Source: Pavona decussata
Taxonomy: Eukaryota
Direction: 5' to 3'
Length of the DNA stretch: 64,000 bases
Assembly: GCA_977016875.1 (NCBI GenBank)
Contig: CDRNST010000308.1
Location: 434,001-498,000, forward strand
The translations under genes and the position numbers were made by a program. Below are positions 52,703-58,700 of this stretch, piece after piece. Position 1 is the stretch's first letter. Each line of letters opens with the position of its first letter. The notes beneath the pieces were generated by a model. That model was given only the letters and a program-made list of their open reading frames with translations. It made no database searches and was not told the DNA's origin.

Positions 52703-55700
52703 GGTTTACTAGGTAATTATTACTTGTTTACCTGCTGCTACAGTTCTTCTGAAATCTCACATTGTTCTTCCAGCATGTGTAACCTTTCCACAACCTGAAG
52801 ATAAACATGTATTTGCATAATTATATGGAAATTTGCCTATAATTGTTAGTAAAAATGTTTAAAAGTTCTCACTCCAAGTCAAAGTTTAGGGGGTTTTAAA
52901 GGACATTTGCATCTTAAAAAATTAACTAAAGTCAAATTTTATCTGGTCTCACAGTCATCATCGTCCACTAGGACTCTTATTTTCTTTTCAAGGCAAAGAA
53001 AGTCTAGGGTTCACAGAAAAAAATGGTGGTCTAGCCATTCTAGCAAATTCTCAAATTGACCATTTGCTATCCTTAAATTGAGAACCTCTCACACGTTTTC
53101 ATCTCCTCCCTTAAGAGACCACCTTAATCACTGGCAATAAGCATTCACCATGCACTTAATCCTTCCATCCAAGGGAAGAGGTACTCAGTGACACCACTAC
53201 TAGTTGCATCCAGTCTCAGAAACTGGGGTAACCTCCAGCTGACTGTGGGAAAATATGGCAGCTCAGTGCATTTGAAGGGGTGCGTGAAATAAGGCCCTAA
53301 AGTAAGTGACTTTTGATGTAAGGTCAAATTCTCCTTTCATTTCACAAGCGAATGCAAGGAAATTTGGAGGGAGAATCTAGCAATAATTATTTATGAGAAG
53401 TCACTTAGGGCTTTTTTTCAGGCACCCCTTCATTTATTAAGTAAACCTTAATACAGTACCATGTGCCTTTAACAAAACCACAAGAAGTTCTCACCTGAAC
53501 TTGGCAAAGGTCGGTATACTAAAAATTATGCTGAAGGTTTTCCTTTCATAAAGCCACCTCTTCAATGGAGTAAGTTCTGAATCAAATCCTCCTTGGACCT
53601 GAAATCAAAGATTATACACTGTAGGTGTCTTAAATTGAAATCAACATTTTAATGACCGAAATAATAACAGTAAAATATAACAAAATACAGTACCACCTAG
53701 AACTATAGACCCATTTGCCGCGTCGTTGCCGCGGGACCTACTCGCGGGTTTCCCTCGGTATTCCCGCAGCGGGACGTTTTTTTTTCCCTCGGTTCGGTTA
53801 CGGTATGGCTCCAAAGTTGCCGCAGGAAAGTTCACGTAGGTAAAACCTCGGTAAAGAAAAGACGCGGTAGAGTTTGAATACGCTTTTGTCTCCTTTGCTT
53901 TGTCTTTTGGTTCGTCAGCTTCTAATGGCAAAATCGCACCAAAGAACATTAACCAGGGATGACGATCATGTGCGATACACATACGATTCTCGGCCCTTGA
54001 AGGCTTGAACCATTTGAAGAAAATGAGAATCCGTTTTCGAGTATCCGACCACATTTGAAAAATCCTTTGAGGAAGATTCTGATTTAATATCCCAAAACTG
54101 GGTATACCCAAAATATTTGAAGACTTCTTGTGGACAATGCGCAATATTCACTATCGAAGCTTCGAAGCGTGCAGATTTGCTCAAGAAAAAACAAGCAAAC
54201 TTGAATTTTCAACACAGTCTGTGGAGTTCCGTTTGCCAGACCTTTTAAAATCATTTATAAATTGAAAACAAATAATATTTCAGCATGCTTTGTGCCGCTC
54301 AGCGCCCGAATAATTGCAATTCCAACACATTGTCGGTCACTCGGACTCCTGACGTGACAAGCTGTTTGATTCAACACGGCAGAGTTCCAGAATGTTAGTC
54401 CCCTGTTTACTTTGTATTTTTTGCCAAGTTATTTTAATTTTAAGTTAGGAAAAGCCAAAACAAAAAAAACTGACCCATGAAATTTACGGATTATAAAACA
54501 TATGTTCGCGCGTGACGATGTTGTTGTAACTTGAAACCCTTGTGTCGACTTCGCAAATTTTTGTCGCTTGTGTCTACAGTCTATTTTAAACCTCTTTCTT
54601 TTAAAATGAACTTGGCACTGCAACAAGAATAATTTTCCCTCTCAATATCCGATTTTTTAGAACACAAGCTTGCTCTAAAATTCAGGAGATATTTTTAGCA
54701 GCTGTTCGGTCGGACACGTACAAAAAAGCTGACGAATCAGAAGCAGCGGTTCCCTCAAGTGCAAAACAAACGTCAAACTTGCTCCTATGCAAATTACGGT
54801 TAATTTAGACGTTTGCCCCGTTGCTTGTATCGAAATGAACAAATTAAGAAAACTAAATTTTAAAAAAAGGATTTTTTATGACAGTTCAGCGAACTCTCTT
54901 TCGTAAACTTACACTGAGGAGTGTTCTGAAAAGCAGGTAAATCAACGTACACGTATACGTATTTCAGTGAGTATTTAACATACCCTCGGAGATACATGTA
55001 ACAAGCTTCTTTCAAGTGTTGGATTGTTAGTCACTTTAATTTATTATCTCTGAAAAGACGGAATACAATCATTTGCCAAGGCAAAGATTCAGGATTTCAA
55101 TATTTGAATTATCATGCGAACTACCCAACGCCATTTTGACTTCAAATTACTCCTTCGATTAAGCACCGATTCTTCGCACCTCGAACACTTGCAGTATAAA
55201 TGTCTTCACTCACGCTAACGCTTATATTAGAAATGCAACCAGTCCCCATTGTTCTTTCCTGCGGCACGCCTCGTCTTTTCGCCCGCGGCACACTGTACCT
55301 CGTCTTCACCGTGGAACAACCATGTTTTCACCTAGGTGGACGCGCGGCCACTACCCGCGGTAAAGACGAGGTATGCCCAAGTCCCGATGGGTCAATAGTT
55401 CCAGGCGGTACTGTATGTACATTTTGAAAAAAGTATCACTTCTACAAAGTCCAGGTTCTTAGGAGATAAATTTCATAATATTTTGACAATATAATAATTT
55501 ATAATATCTTCTCTAAGAATTTCTAAAAGGACAGTAGGGGAGGGGGCAGTTCCTTTCAAACAAATTATAGGCATGGCATTTTAAACTTTTCTTTTGTAAA
55601 TGCCATTTGTTTCAAAAATTTTCAACCAATGACATTCAACTTCCTTTTTGTCCCTTTTGTTCCAGATTACAGACTGAAACAAAGCCGAGACAAAGGAAAA

Positions 55701-58700
55701 TACAAATTAAACTGGTTTGAAAAAGAAAACACACAAATTTGAACCAAAACATAGATCTTTATGGAAAATACCAAATAAGTAGAATGTCGAGTTTCCAGAA
55801 AAAAATCCATACCCACCCCATGGAAGGTCATTGGAAATTCTTAGGGGGATGGGGGTCTTAAAAGTCAAATTTAAAAGCAACGTATAAAGCTAAACTGGAA
55901 TTTCCTGGGGGATGGGGAGTGTAAAACAAAAATCTACCGAAGGGGGAGTATGGATGTTTTCTGGGACTGCACAATATATTTAAATACATGTATATGTTGT
56001 GATTCAAATTCTTTTTCTGAATAAAAATGTTCATTAACCTTGTCTCAGATTATGGTAATGAATACCGCACAAAGGAAAATAAAAAATTAAAAAAACTGGT
56101 TTGAAAAAAAAAAAGATTAAACCACAATATATATTTGAACTGCAGATGAAAGTCTCAATTGCGAAATAACAGACCATTAAAGAAATTTACTGTTCACAAC
56201 TTAATAAGCAGCTGCGAAAAGAAAACCAGAAAAAATTCCGCCTTGAACGGGATAATGGCACCCATTCATGACCGTTGCAATAGTGCACTGCACCTGTATC
56301 GAAGAGGTCATGAGTTCAAATCCAGTCCAAGCCTGATTTTTTCTGGCTTTCTTTTCACATCTGCTTATTATAAGTTGTCTAAATTAATTGTGATCGCTCT
56401 TATTCCTTAATAGTCAAGATCTCCATCTGAAGCCCTAAAAAAAGTTAAGGGACAATAAGACAAGGCACATTTTTAATTTTAGTCCTATCATCTCTCTTGC
56501 AAGCCTTTATTATATAACAAATAAAAAAATGTATGAAGTACTGCTTCACATGGATTGCTATGTGACTACCTGCTGAACATGTAAGTATGCCAGCTAAACT
56601 CAAAAAAAAAAATGATCTGTAACTTTAGTCAATCTGTGCAAAGTTGCAAAAACATATTTTTTTTGTTATATGTGTGGTTTAAATATGTTTTGGTTTAAAA
56701 TTTTTCAAACCAGTTTAATTTTCCTTTGTGCAGTACATAATCTGAGACAAAGTTAAGGGAAATAGAAATCAAACTGCTTCGAAATTTTTTAAGCCAAAAA
56801 GAATTTTGAACCACAACAAAAGTCATAAATTATCATCACTTTATATCCTTTTCCTATCAAGTTCAGCTTTTACTAAGTTGAGTTGAGTATTAATCAATGC
56901 ATCAGTTTATCAACATTTGTTTCTGGCATACCTGAGTAACAGCAGAAGCAGTAATGGTGAAATACTGTGCAGCTGCTTGGGCTTCCTGTGACGTTACGCA
57001 GGTCAGATCATAAGGGTTGTACCGTGCAGCTCTGACACCTCGATTCTTTGGAAGGCAGTACAAAAATTTTCCATCGTCCTCTCTTATATACAATCTGTTG
57101 ATATTGTTCTCATCTTCATCTGGGTCCAAGCCATCAGCAATTGCATCCAGATTAGTACTCATGTTTAGTCTGTGACGAAGCTTCTTTATTACATCTGTGA
57201 CATCAAGACCAAGGAATTCATCAACATCACCAGGAACACTTTGGAGTGGACGCTTTGTCGTGTTACCATTTACGCCGAGTCTCTGGCTTCTGGATGGAGG
57301 AGGACCAGATTTTGCAGATGAGACTTGAGATTTGTGTGAATTAGGCCTGCTGTGTGAGGCTTCACTTGACATAAACGACATTCCTCCATCAGCAGTTTTA
57401 CCAAGGGAACTAGTAGATAATGCCTGAGATGGAATAAAACATAAGGTTCATTTAAACTTGCTCAGGAAAGTACGACTACTCTCAAATTATATAAATATGA
57501 CAGATTATTGATACAAGCTTTTTAAAATGCAGTTTCACTATAAGACTTTTCTTACGATTGCATGAAGAACCAAGTGAGAGTGAATCAATTCAACCAGCAG
57601 TCAGTTTATACTTCTCCTTTCTTCCTATTTTCCTTCCTTCTTACCTTTCTTCATTCTGTTTTCCTTCTTTTACACTCAATTTTATTAAACCAACATTCCC
57701 AAATAAATGTACCAAATCATGGACAAATTACTTGAATCATTGCTGACAAAATAAATCAAATTATGAACGCCAATTTAAATTTACCTGGCCAACTAGTCTT
57801 CCATCATCAGAGAGTGCACTTGCCTGTTCCAAATTTACATTTACCAAACCATCAGTTACAATAGGACCTCTTTGTACACTGTCAGTTCCAGTGCAAGAGA
57901 CTGACTGCTGTGATTCTGAGTCCACTGTGTCTAATGCATCAAAGTTTGTTTCTTTTTCAAGCTGGTTAGTTCCCAATTTGACTGAGACCGGTTCCCTAGA
58001 GAAGCCCTGGTTTCTCTGGGCTTGTAACCTGTTGAAGTCTCGTCTGAATAGAGCGGTCCTGTAATTTCCCATTGCTGACCTGGGACCACTCTTTGATGGT
58101 GGATGAGGTGTGACCTGATGAAACAAAATTGATCAGTGAATTGGAAAATCAGAAAACAATCAGGTCATCAAGAATACAATTATTAATACTATGTACAACA
58201 GTTATGACAGACAAAAGAAATGCATGAAATATTATACACAATGAGAAATCAACTATTTCCATGGTTAGAGGTGGATATATTTTGATTATTGATTTTTAGT
58301 ATATACATTTGTAAATAGTCTGTAATTTTTTCTCTACGCAATTCAGTTTATACTGCCATGTAGTGTCTTAATAAACGTATCTATCTATATATATCTATAT
58401 CAAATGCAAACAGTCTTTCAAAAAAACTGGTCTCACAACATTTTGCCAGATTTCATTTGTCACACAGTCTTTAATATTTAGTGGTTCTCTGCACCTTGAA
58501 GACTCAGTTTCTAAAAGAAAACATCTAGCATCTTTATTCTTTATAAAGCAGTCTTGGAGTCTATTTCCTAATAGCATAACTATTTCTTTTTCAGAACCAG
58601 CATTTTTGCAATACCTCCTTAACAGAATTAACATTTTAACAACCAAAGGTAACCATGTTACTCAACTCTGAGCAGAAGCATATGGGAATTAATATGCATC

